Source of the DNA: a bacterium
GTDB lineage: Bacteria > Electryoneota > Electryoneia > Electryoneales > Electryoneaceae
NCBI GenBank assembly: GCA_020444425.1
Contig: JAHLLB010000001.1
Location: 266,938-330,937, forward strand
Direction of reading: 5' to 3'
Length of the DNA: 64,000 bases
In this document: positions 47,467 through 56,482 of the stretch, piece by piece
How positions within the stretch are numbered: position 1 is the first letter of the stretch
Layout: each line of letters begins with the position of its first letter
The notes under the pieces: model-generated
The model's input: only the letters and a program-made list of their open reading frames with translations
Databases searched by the model: none
Told to the model about the DNA's origin: nothing
Made by a program: the position numbers and the translations under genes

Positions 47467-48855
47467 ATGAGCCAGTCTCATCCTTCTGCCCGGCCTCACC
47501 CGTCTGATGCAGAGATTGTAAACGCTCTTCTCGCCAGTGTTGCCTGCGGTGTCTTGATTCTCGATCACGAGCTACGAATCGTGCGCATCAACGATAGCGC
47601 CAGCGCGATTACCGGTGTTTCGTTGGAAACCGCGCGGGGCATGCGATGCTTTGAGATGCTCCGTCCGCAGGGCCGTTCAAAACGCTGCCTCGTCGATGAT
47701 TGCCTGACATTGAACAAAGCACATGATGAGCAGACCATGACCATCCTCGGTCGTGACGACATCGAATTGACGGTGCGTGTTGCCTGCCGGCTGATTCGTG
47801 ACGCGGAACGTGAGTTACTTGGAGTGGTGGTGACTTTCGGCGACCTGTCGACGGTACACGACCTGCGCCTCCGCATCGACCACCGAGCGTTGTTTCACGG
47901 CATGGTCTCGCAGGACCACATGATGCGCTCGATCTTCGAGGTGTTGCCACGCATGGCGCAGAGCAACAGTACGGTGCTGATTCGTGGCGAAACCGGCACC
48001 GGCAAGGACCTGATAGCCAGGGCCATCCACGACCTTTCGGAACGGTCGGCAAAACCTTTTGTCTCGGTCAATACCGCCGCTCTGCCGGACACGTTGCTCG
48101 AGGCGGAATTGTTTGGTCACACCAAGGGCGCGTTTACGGATGCGAAAGCTGACCGCGCTGGACGTATCGCGGTCGCCGAGGGCGGTACGCTGTTCCTGGA
48201 CGAAATCGGCGACATCAGCCCGATGATGCAGGTTAAGCTTCTCCGTTTCCTGCAGGAGCGAAAGTACGAACCGTTGGGATCGAGCCGGTCACGAAAGGCG
48301 GATGTGCGCGTGATCGCGGCGACCAACCGCAACCTCGAGCAGATGATGACCACCGGGCAGTTTCGTGAGGATTTCTTTTACCGGCTGAACGTGCTCACCA
48401 TCGACCTGCCGCCGTTGCGGGATCGGGTCAACGACATCCCATTGCTGGTCAGCCATTTTCTGCACGCGCTGGATTTGATCGAAGGTCACATCCCGCTGGA
48501 AGTTTCCACCGACGCGATGCAGGCGCTGGTAGCCTACGAGTATCCCGGCAACGTGCGCGAGTTGGAAAATATCATTGAACGGTCGGCGATTCTGTCGCGT
48601 GACCGGGTCCTCAACCTGCACGACCTGCCGGAGCATATGCGGTCGAATGGAAACGCGGCGACCAAGACGAGTGATTCGGACAAATTGTCCAACGGTTCTC
48701 CGGTCAAAGGGTTGACGCCAATGGAGCAGGCGGAACGCGAAGCGATCCGTTCGATGCTGCAACACAACCACGGCAACAAATTGCGCACGGCGGAAGCGTT
48801 GTCGATTTCCCGCACCACCTTGTGGCGCAAGTTGAAGAAGTACTCGCTCTTGTAG
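47467..48855 (+). CDS. PAS-domain sigma54-dependent transcriptional activator (Fis HTH)
   Basis: GETGTGKD, ELFGHTKGAFTDA, LFLDEIGD, FREDFFYRLNV, PGNVRELEN, C-terminal HTH. Confidence 0.93.
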   Translation: MSQSHPSARPHPSDAEIVNALLASVACGVLILDHELRIVRINDSASAITGVSLETARGMRCFEMLRPQGRSKRCLVDDCLTLNKAHDEQTMTILGRDDIELTVRVACRLIRDAERELLGVVVTFGDLSTVHDLRLRIDHRALFHGMVSQDHMMRSIFEVLPRMAQSNSTVLIRGETGTGKDLIARAIHDLSERSAKPFVSVNTAALPDTLLEAELFGHTKGAFTDAKADRAGRIAVAEGGTLFLDEIGDISPMMQVKLLRFLQERKYEPLGSSRSRKADVRVIAATNRNLEQMMTTGQFREDFFYRLNVLTIDLPPLRDRVNDIPLLVSHFLHALDLIEGHIPLEVSTDAMQALVAYEYPGNVRELENIIERSAILSRDRVLNLHDLPEHMRSNGNAATKTSDSDKLSNGSPVKGLTPMEQAEREAIRSMLQHNHGNKLRTAEALSISRTTLWRKLKKYSLL

Positions 48856-48960
48856 ACCTTGAGTGAGATGGCTCGTGGACTCCCGCAGGCGTGCGAGTGC
48901 TGTATCCAAGTATATTGTCGCACACGTTTTTTGGCTGATGTGGATCACCTGGAGGACGGT

Positions 48961-50280
48961 TTGAGCGAAGACTTGCTGAGAACGCGAAATGTCTCATCTC
49001 GCAAGCACATGGACTTGTGCTGGTGTCTCGCGGTTGTTTTCGGGTTGGCGTTGTTCACTCCCGGAATCAGCCGGGCGTTCTTCGAAGACCTGTATGTGAG
49101 CGGGTTTGTCAGCCAGGGCTACTACAAGACTTCCGAGTACGATTTCATTCTCTCGAACAGCACCAAAGGCACGTCGGAGTTTAACGAAGCCGCGATATCG
49201 GTGCAGGCGAATCCGATCGAACGGCTGCGCATTGGCATCCAGTTGATCGCCACAGACGCAGGCGACATGGGCAACAACGAGATCCGTGTGGATTGGGCGT
49301 TCGGTGACTATCGCTGGCGTGACTGGCTCGGCTTCCGAGCTGGCAAGATCAAGATGCAGATGGGATTCTATAACATCGGGCGTGACATCGACATGTTACG
49401 TACGTCGATCTTCCTCCCGCAGAGTGTGTATTCGGAAAACTGGCGTGACTTCGCGATGGCGCAGGAAGGGATTAGTTTCTACGGCAATTCCGAAGCTGGC
49501 CCGGTGGGATCGGTTGAGTACGAAGCTTATGCCGGTGCATTGAACGTACCCGATCCCGACCACAGCTATTGGCAGCGGGCGTTTTCGTCGAGTGCGGAGT
49601 TCGATCTGGCAGTATTCAATGCCATGTTCGGCGGGGACACCCTGAGTTACGACCTGCAACAGATTGTCGGCATCAACCCGGCCTTCCCGTGGATTGCGGG
49701 CGGGTCGATGATCTGGAACACTCCGGTCGAAGGATTGCGTTTCGGTGCCTCCCTGATCACCGGGGAATACGAAATGACCTCAAAGGCGCTGGCATACGTG
49801 AACATTGTAGATCCGAACACCGGTGCCTTGAAGTCCAGCACCCTCGAAAGCCTGGATGTTCGTTGGGCTGCACGCTACCTGTTGTCCTTCTTCTCGGTGG
49901 AATACAGTTGGCGGCAGTTCATCCTGGCCGCCGAAACGCTACGGTTCGAGCAGGAGCATGAAATCAATCAAGGCACCTACATCATGCTGACCTGGGAACC
50001 GACGCCGGTATATTCGCTCAGCGGTTATGTCTCGGAATTCATTCCGGACATCGACAACCGTGACGGCAAGAACTTCGAGGATCCGCTGCGCAAGGATTTT
50101 ACCGCATGGCAACGTGAAGCGGTCCTGTCGGGCCGGGTAAACCTCACCAGCAACTGGCTGGTCAAGGCGGAGTTTCACGCCGTTGACGGCATCGGGCAGA
50201 TCTTCTACACGCCTGAGGTACTTGAGTCCAATTCTCGCTACTGGACAATGTTCGCGCTCAAGACAACGTTCCACTTTTAA
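48961..50280 (+). CDS. Outer-membrane porin-like beta-barrel protein
   Basis: TTG start with GGAGG RBS (alternative ATG 49009); signal peptide; VSGFVSQG, VDWAFGDY, RAGKIK..G.YN; ends KTTFHF. Confidence 0.8.
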   Translation: MSEDLLRTRNVSSRKHMDLCWCLAVVFGLALFTPGISRAFFEDLYVSGFVSQGYYKTSEYDFILSNSTKGTSEFNEAAISVQANPIERLRIGIQLIATDAGDMGNNEIRVDWAFGDYRWRDWLGFRAGKIKMQMGFYNIGRDIDMLRTSIFLPQSVYSENWRDFAMAQEGISFYGNSEAGPVGSVEYEAYAGALNVPDPDHSYWQRAFSSSAEFDLAVFNAMFGGDTLSYDLQQIVGINPAFPWIAGGSMIWNTPVEGLRFGASLITGEYEMTSKALAYVNIVDPNTGALKSSTLESLDVRWAARYLLSFFSVEYSWRQFILAAETLRFEQEHEINQGTYIMLTWEPTPVYSLSGYVSEFIPDIDNRDGKNFEDPLRKDFTAWQREAVLSGRVNLTSNWLVKAEFHAVDGIGQIFYTPEVLESNSRYWTMFALKTTFHF

Positions 50281-50292
50281 CCGGAGGATGAG

Positions 50293-50721
50293 ATGAAGCT
50301 TTCCCGGCTCAGCGTCCTCCTGATTGTGACGCTGCTGTTGTTTGTCGCAAGCGTGTCGCAGGCGTCCGGCGTGGTCGTGATTGTGAACCCGAACGTGGAA
50401 GATTCGTCATTGGATAAGGATCTGCTGACCCGGATCTACCAGGGCAAGGTCTCGCGTTGGCACAGCGACAGCAAGGTTGTACCGGTGATGTTGAAGGATG
50501 GTCCGACGCACGAGACCTTCACCACCGACTACATGGGAACAACTCCGTCCCGGTTTCGTACGTATTGGAAACAGGCAGTCTTCAGCGGACGAGGGATCCC
50601 ACCGAAATCGTTTGACAGCGAGTTGGAACTTGTCAAATATGTCGCGTCCACACCCGGCGCGATTGGCTATGTGTCCCCGCTGACACCGTTAACGGGCGTC
50701 AAGAAATTGACGATCCGTTGA
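50293..50721 (+). CDS. Small periplasmic binding-protein-like protein (single-lobe PstS-like)
   Basis: GGAGG RBS, signal peptide, VVIVNP...RIYQGK...YWKQAVFSGRG.PP...YVASTPGAIGYV. Confidence 0.8.
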   Translation: MKLSRLSVLLIVTLLLFVASVSQASGVVVIVNPNVEDSSLDKDLLTRIYQGKVSRWHSDSKVVPVMLKDGPTHETFTTDYMGTTPSRFRTYWKQAVFSGRGIPPKSFDSELELVKYVASTPGAIGYVSPLTPLTGVKKLTIR

Positions 50722-50761
50722 CACTGTCGCGGTTGAACGGCACATCCACTTCGGGATCTCG

Positions 50762-53593
50762 ATGAAGTTTACCACGAAAATCCTGATGATGCCGCTGGCG
50801 GCACTGCTGGCGTTGACGACAATCTTCGGGTTGTTGTGGCGCACGGGTACCACCACTCTGCAGCAGTATGACCTCATCCAGGAAGAGCACGTCCGTGCTC
50901 TGGAACTCAGTCACAAGATGGAAAAACTGGCGATTGAGATTCGCCAGAACCTGGCTGACGCGGCCACGGTCGGCGATCCGGACCGTGTCCTCGAAGCGGA
51001 CAGCCTCGCACGTGAATTTCGTGCCGGTCTGCAGGAATTCAAGAGCATTCCCAGCGTTGATGTGGCCAGCGTGACTGTCGTCGGTGCCACCTTCAGCGAG
51101 TATTATGATCACGCGCGCAGTACCTCGTTGCAGATGCTGGATCAGGAGTTGAGTGACGACCTGATTGCGGAAGCGATCCAGATGAATGCCGATTTCGAGC
51201 AGTTGGTCGACCAGCTCGATGTTGCCACGCAACGGCGGCAGCAGGGCATCGAGGACGCGTTCGATGTCGCCCGCGACAGTCTGCAGCACTCAGGCAAGGG
51301 GATCAGCCTGACCATTCTCGCCTTGCTGCTGGTGTTGCTGGCAGTCTCATTCGCCGCAATTGCGTCGGTGCTGAGACCGCTGCGCCGCTTGATGAATGCC
51401 ACCGAGGCGATTACACGTGGCGATTTAAACGCCAACATCGACTACGACTGCAAGGATGAGATGGGCCGTTTGGCTGACTCGTTCCGGCATATGCAAGCCA
51501 GTTTGATCGCCGACATCGAGCGCCGCGAGAAGATGGAAACGGCGATCCGTGACAGTGAAAAAATGTACCGGCTACTGGCGGACAACAGTTCCGATGTCAT
51601 CTGGACGACGGACCGGGAAGGCCGGTTCACGTATTTCAGCCCGTCCGTGCAGCGTCACCTCGGCTACACCCCCACCGAAGCGATCGGGTTGATGATGGAA
51701 GATCTGTTCCCGGACACGGAGTGTGTCGAGTTCCGGGCGGCAACCGAACAGCTGTTCGACCGCAAGAACGTCCGCCACGATTCCATCCAGGATACCAAAC
51801 TGCTGCGCCGTAAGGACGGCAACACCTTCTGGTCCGAGATAACAGCCAACCTGCTGATCGACGAAACCGGCGAGGCGGTCGGCTTGAGTGGTGTCGCACG
51901 CGACATCACCGACCGCAAGCTGGCGCAGGAAGCGTTGCGCGAGAGCGAGGAGCGGCTGCGTTCCATCTTCATGAACAGCACGCTCGGCATTTTCCGCACC
52001 ACGCCACAGGGCAAAGTCATCGCCGCGAATCCCGCGGCCGCAGAGATGTTCGGCTACGAAGATCCCGAAGAAACCGCGCGTGCGATCGACGACATTTCGC
52101 AGGAACTTTATGCCGACCCGGAAGATCGAGTCTGGGTGATGGAAGCGTTGCAGCTCAACGGGCAGATGAACGCTGAGTTGATGTTCCGCCGTCGCGGCGC
52201 GGACAATTCCCACTTCCCCGCTCAGCTGAATTTGTGGACGGTGGCGAACGAGGACGGCAGCATCCGCTGTATCGAGGGCATGATCGAAGACATCACCGAC
52301 CGCCGCCAGTTGCTGGAAGCGGTGCGGCAGAGCGAGGAACGGCTGCAGCTCGCATTTGACGCCGCCAATGACGGTCTCTTTGATCACAACCTGAAGACCG
52401 GCTCGATGTACCTCAGCCCTCGCTATTACAGCATGCTCGGCTATGAATCTGGTGATTTCGAACCGAGCATGCACAAAGTCATCGAATTGCTGCATCCCGA
52501 TGATTATGAAAAAGGTCCGGAAGCATTTGAGAAGCATATTCAAACCGGAGATCCGTACGATCTGGAAGCACGCTTCCGCCACAAAAACGGCGAGTGGATC
52601 TGGATTCACACTCGTGGCAAGGTCGTCGAGTGGGACGAAGATGGCGACCCGATGCGGTTCGTCGGCACGAACGTCGACATCACCAAGCGCAAGCAGGCTG
52701 AAGAGGAACTCAAGCTGGCGCAGCAGGAACTGCTGGACGCCGCCCATAACGCCGGCATGGCCGAGATCGCCACCAGCGTGCTGCACAACGTCGGCAACGC
52801 ATTAAACGGCGCAATCACCTCCACAACGGTGATGGACAAAACGCTGAAACACACCCGTCTGAGCCATCTTACCCGTCTCGCGGACTTGATCGATCAGCAC
52901 AAGGACGACCTCGCGAACTTCGTCGCCAACAGCGAACAGGGCAGGAAGCTGCCGCAGTTCTTCAATCAGCTGAGCGGAGTGATATCCGGCGAGCACGCAA
53001 AAATCAAAGACGAACTGCACTCATTAGAGAAGAGTCACGAACACATCCGTCAGATCATCGCACTGCAACAGCAGTATGCGGGTATGCCGGGGTACAGGGA
53101 AGATGTATTCGCGGCGGAACTGGTCAACGACGCGGTGCAGCTGTTCGGCGCGTCATTCCAGCGGCACAACATCAAGTTCAAGATCGACCGTCCGAAGAAC
53201 CTGCCGGCGGTTCACGTTGAAAAGCACAAGGTGCTGCAGATCCTGATCAACCTGCTGAAAAACGCGCGTGACGCTGTGAGAGAGGTGGACCGTAGCGATC
53301 GTGAGATCAAGGTGCACATCCATCAGAACGGGAACGACAATCTGAAAATCGAGGTGAAGGATAATGGTATCGGCATCCGTGGCGAGGATATGCAGAAGAT
53401 CTTCGGCTACGGATTCACGACCAAGCGGGACGGACACGGCTACGGCCTGCACGGTTGCGCGAACAGTGCCCGGGAGATGGGCGGTGAACTGACAGCCAGC
53501 AGCGAAGGGGCGAACCAGGGTGCTACCTTCACGCTGACGCTTCCACTGGAAGAAACCGAGGATCAACGTGCCCGAACCGCAGACGTGGAATAA
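50762..53593 (+). CDS. Membrane sensor histidine kinase (periplasmic helical domain, HAMP, three PAS, HK)
   Basis: Two TMs, DEMGRLA HAMP, three DIT.R PAS ends, H-box VLHNVGN, NLLKNA, DNGIG, GHGYGL. Confidence 0.92.
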   Translation: MKFTTKILMMPLAALLALTTIFGLLWRTGTTTLQQYDLIQEEHVRALELSHKMEKLAIEIRQNLADAATVGDPDRVLEADSLAREFRAGLQEFKSIPSVDVASVTVVGATFSEYYDHARSTSLQMLDQELSDDLIAEAIQMNADFEQLVDQLDVATQRRQQGIEDAFDVARDSLQHSGKGISLTILALLLVLLAVSFAAIASVLRPLRRLMNATEAITRGDLNANIDYDCKDEMGRLADSFRHMQASLIADIERREKMETAIRDSEKMYRLLADNSSDVIWTTDREGRFTYFSPSVQRHLGYTPTEAIGLMMEDLFPDTECVEFRAATEQLFDRKNVRHDSIQDTKLLRRKDGNTFWSEITANLLIDETGEAVGLSGVARDITDRKLAQEALRESEERLRSIFMNSTLGIFRTTPQGKVIAANPAAAEMFGYEDPEETARAIDDISQELYADPEDRVWVMEALQLNGQMNAELMFRRRGADNSHFPAQLNLWTVANEDGSIRCIEGMIEDITDRRQLLEAVRQSEERLQLAFDAANDGLFDHNLKTGSMYLSPRYYSMLGYESGDFEPSMHKVIELLHPDDYEKGPEAFEKHIQTGDPYDLEARFRHKNGEWIWIHTRGKVVEWDEDGDPMRFVGTNVDITKRKQAEEELKLAQQELLDAAHNAGMAEIATSVLHNVGNALNGAITSTTVMDKTLKHTRLSHLTRLADLIDQHKDDLANFVANSEQGRKLPQFFNQLSGVISGEHAKIKDELHSLEKSHEHIRQIIALQQQYAGMPGYREDVFAAELVNDAVQLFGASFQRHNIKFKIDRPKNLPAVHVEKHKVLQILINLLKNARDAVREVDRSDREIKVHIHQNGNDNLKIEVKDNGIGIRGEDMQKIFGYGFTTKRDGHGYGLHGCANSAREMGGELTASSEGANQGATFTLTLPLEETEDQRARTADVE

Positions 53594-54995
53594 TCGTCGC
53601 ATCCTCCTCGTGGACGACCAGGAACAGATCCACGAAGACTACCGCAAGATTCTCACGCCGGACGACTCCCACGGGCAGGAAGTTGACCAGCTCGCCAGCG
53701 ACTTTTTCGGCGACGGCGACACCGAGTCGTCCGCCGAAAACAGCAACCATGTCGATCTTCCCTCCTTCCAACTGGAATCCGCTTACCAGGGTCAGTCAGC
53801 GCTGGAAATGGTGAAGCAGGCGCTGGAGGCGGGAATTCCCTACTCGCTGGCATTGGTTGATGTGCGGATGCCGCCGGGCTGGGACGGTATCGAGACCATC
53901 GACCGCATCCTCCGTGTCGACAAGGATATCCAGATCGTCATCTGCACCGCCTATGCCGACTATGTCTGGGAGGATATCCACGACAAGTTCGGCGCGCGGG
54001 ACAATATCTTGTTCATGCGGAAGCCGTTCGACGCGACCGAAGTGCAGCAGCTCGCGTGCACATTGACCGAAAAATGGAACCTCGCGCGCCGGGCGAGGAT
54101 GAAAGTCGAGGAGCTTGAAACCCTCGCCGATCAGCGCACGCGTGAACTGCAACGGAGCAACGAGGAGTTGCAGGATGCGATGAAGGATCTGCGCCGGACT
54201 CAGGTGCAGTTGATCCAGTCGGAAAAGATGGCGTCGCTGGGTTCGATGGTCGCCGGGGTCGCGCATGAGATCAACACCCCGATCGGTGCCGTTGCCAGCA
54301 TGCACAGCACGCTTGTCAGCGCGATCAAGCGGATGAACGTCATTCTCAGCGACCTGTGCGACGAAACCGATCCGCGTCTGAAGAAGCTGGAAAAGACGAT
54401 GAAGGTGATCGGCGACGCGAACCGGGTGATTGCGTCCGGGACAGAACGTGTCACCACCATCGTCAAACGGCTGAAGAGTTTCGCGCGGCTGGATGAGGCC
54501 GAACTGAAGACGGTCAACATTCACCAGGGCATCGACGATACCCTCGAAATCGCGCATCACGAGCTGAAGTATGCGGTGAAAGTAGTTCGGGAGTACGGAG
54601 ATGTGCCGGAGTTCGCCTGCTTCCCTAGCAAGTTGAACCAGGTATTCCTCAACCTGTTCATGAACAGCCGGCAGGCGATCGAAACCACGGGCACCCTGAC
54701 GATTCGCACACGGATCGAAAACAGTCAGGCCGTGATCGAAATCGCTGACACCGGCAAGGGCATCAAAGCAGAGCATTTGAAGCGCATATTCGACCCAGGT
54801 TTCACGACGAAGGGCGTCGGGGTCGGCACCGGGCTCGGTCTGTCCATCGTTTACCAGATCATCGAAGAGCATTTCGGCACCATCGACGTGACCAGCGAAG
54901 TCGGTTCTGGGACAACATTTACCATCCGTCTGCCGCTGGATCTGGAAGAGCGCATCGAGCGGAAGAAAGCGAACGGTCAACGCCCGTCTGCGTAA
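53568..54995 (+). CDS. Hybrid receiver-histidine kinase
   Basis: ILLVDD, VDVRMPPGWDG, RKPF; AGVAHEINTP, DTGKG, GTGLGL; overlaps the upstream kinase. Confidence 0.92.
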   Translation: MPEPQTWNNRRILLVDDQEQIHEDYRKILTPDDSHGQEVDQLASDFFGDGDTESSAENSNHVDLPSFQLESAYQGQSALEMVKQALEAGIPYSLALVDVRMPPGWDGIETIDRILRVDKDIQIVICTAYADYVWEDIHDKFGARDNILFMRKPFDATEVQQLACTLTEKWNLARRARMKVEELETLADQRTRELQRSNEELQDAMKDLRRTQVQLIQSEKMASLGSMVAGVAHEINTPIGAVASMHSTLVSAIKRMNVILSDLCDETDPRLKKLEKTMKVIGDANRVIASGTERVTTIVKRLKSFARLDEAELKTVNIHQGIDDTLEIAHHELKYAVKVVREYGDVPEFACFPSKLNQVFLNLFMNSRQAIETTGTLTIRTRIENSQAVIEIADTGKGIKAEHLKRIFDPGFTTKGVGVGTGLGLSIVYQIIEEHFGTIDVTSEVGSGTTFTIRLPLDLEERIERKKANGQRPSA

Positions 54996-55157
54996 GGTGA
55001 TTGACGAAGCGTGGAGCGCTCTCTGGCGCTCTTGCAGGTATCCAGGATTCCTCCCTCCCGCGCATCCCGTCCTATACTCACATTTATCTTTTTCCGGCCG
55101 GTTCCAACGGCACCTCAGGGTTCACCACGATCGGTTTCGATTGCGGCGGGAGAACGC

Positions 55158-56480
55158 ATGAAGCCATTGCTCAGATCTGTTTCGATTGGACTAGCGGTTA
55201 TCCTCTTAGCGGGTCTCGCTCTTTGTCCAGCGCAAGTCCGGGCTGAAGACGCGGATACCATTTACCAACCATCCATGACACACGCGGACAGCGTCAAAGC
55301 GTGGCAGGAAGCGGTTGAAAACGACAATGCGCTCGATGTCACCGGTGACGTCATCGGGGAAGTGGTGTTTTTCCCGTTGCGGGTCGTATTCACCGGTGTA
55401 CGCGAAGGCGCGCGGATCGTCAGCGAAGAGCAATTGATCGCGAAGGTGGACGATCTCCTCTCGTCAGATGATGGCACCCGCCGTGTCGTGCCCATCGCCT
55501 CGCCGACCACCGGTCTCGGCGCGAAGTTCAAGTACAAGCCGGATCCCACCATCAAGGCGAACATCGCTCTGCTCGGCGCGTGGTGGACCTACGGCCGTCA
55601 AACCTACCGTCTGCACGCGGAAAAGTGGCCGCTGCTGCCGAATGTGACCGGTCACCTCGCCGGTGAGTATCACCTCTACCCCGATGAACGGTACTACGGC
55701 ATCGGGATGGCGTCGAAGAAGTCCGACGAGGTGTTCTACCGGCACGAGGCAACGTTCGCGGAACTCGGTCTCGGGTTTAACCTGCATCGCTGGCTGGAGC
55801 TGACCGCGCACGGCGACTACCGTGCGAACAATCTCTACAACAGCGTACTGAAACCGACTGTCGACGTTGACACCTACGGCAGTGTGCAGAACCTGTCGCC
55901 CTATTCGGGCCGCATCGACTTGGTCAGCACCGAACTGGCGCTCGAATTCAACACGTCGATCAACCCCGCTCGTCCAATGAACGGGTTCGTCACCAAAGTC
56001 TCCGGCGGGTATCACAACCAGGTGGGTGACGATGTTTTCGGCTACTGGGACTCGCGCGTCCTGATCGGGAAATACTTTCACATCATGTACGAACGGGTGC
56101 TGTATTTCGACATCGCCGGGCAATTTACGGAACCGCTGAATGATCGCGTGATTCCGTTCTTCGAGCTTCCGGAGCTGGGTGGCCGGGAAACGTTACGCGG
56201 GTTCAAACGCGGACGCTACAGCGGCGAACACACGGTGCAGGGCACGGTCGAATATCGCCTGCCGATCCGTGACATCTGGTCCGCGTCGGGCTTCGATTTC
56301 GCCTTCTTTGCCGACTGGGGCAAGGTGGTGCAGGATGATGTCAGCGACTGGGACATGGATTCAATGCAGATCGGGTATGGATTCAGCTTGCAAACGTGGA
56401 CGCTGGCCGGTGCGGCAGCGCGTCTGGATGTTGGCTTCAGCCGTGAAGGCACGCGGCTTTACTTCACCATGGGGTTGTGA
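55158..56480 (+). CDS. Omp85 (BamA/TamA-superfamily) barrel protein without recognisable POTRA domains
   Basis: Signal peptide (VRA|E), LGGRETLRGF loop-6 motif, EYR, FADWGKV, C-terminal strands ending RLYFTMGL. Confidence 0.8.
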   Translation: MKPLLRSVSIGLAVILLAGLALCPAQVRAEDADTIYQPSMTHADSVKAWQEAVENDNALDVTGDVIGEVVFFPLRVVFTGVREGARIVSEEQLIAKVDDLLSSDDGTRRVVPIASPTTGLGAKFKYKPDPTIKANIALLGAWWTYGRQTYRLHAEKWPLLPNVTGHLAGEYHLYPDERYYGIGMASKKSDEVFYRHEATFAELGLGFNLHRWLELTAHGDYRANNLYNSVLKPTVDVDTYGSVQNLSPYSGRIDLVSTELALEFNTSINPARPMNGFVTKVSGGYHNQVGDDVFGYWDSRVLIGKYFHIMYERVLYFDIAGQFTEPLNDRVIPFFELPELGGRETLRGFKRGRYSGEHTVQGTVEYRLPIRDIWSASGFDFAFFADWGKVVQDDVSDWDMDSMQIGYGFSLQTWTLAGAAARLDVGFSREGTRLYFTMGL

Positions 56481-56482
56481 TC

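Noticed and set aside
48127-48144. GAFTDA instead of GAFTGA as a sign of an inactive activator
   Set aside because: GAFTDA is a common natural variant, and a matching sigma54 promoter is adjacent.
50293-50721. Phosphate ABC transport system
   Set aside because: The protein is far shorter than PstS and no pstCAB genes are present.
55158-56480. Housekeeping bamA
   Set aside because: Too short and no POTRA repeats recognised.
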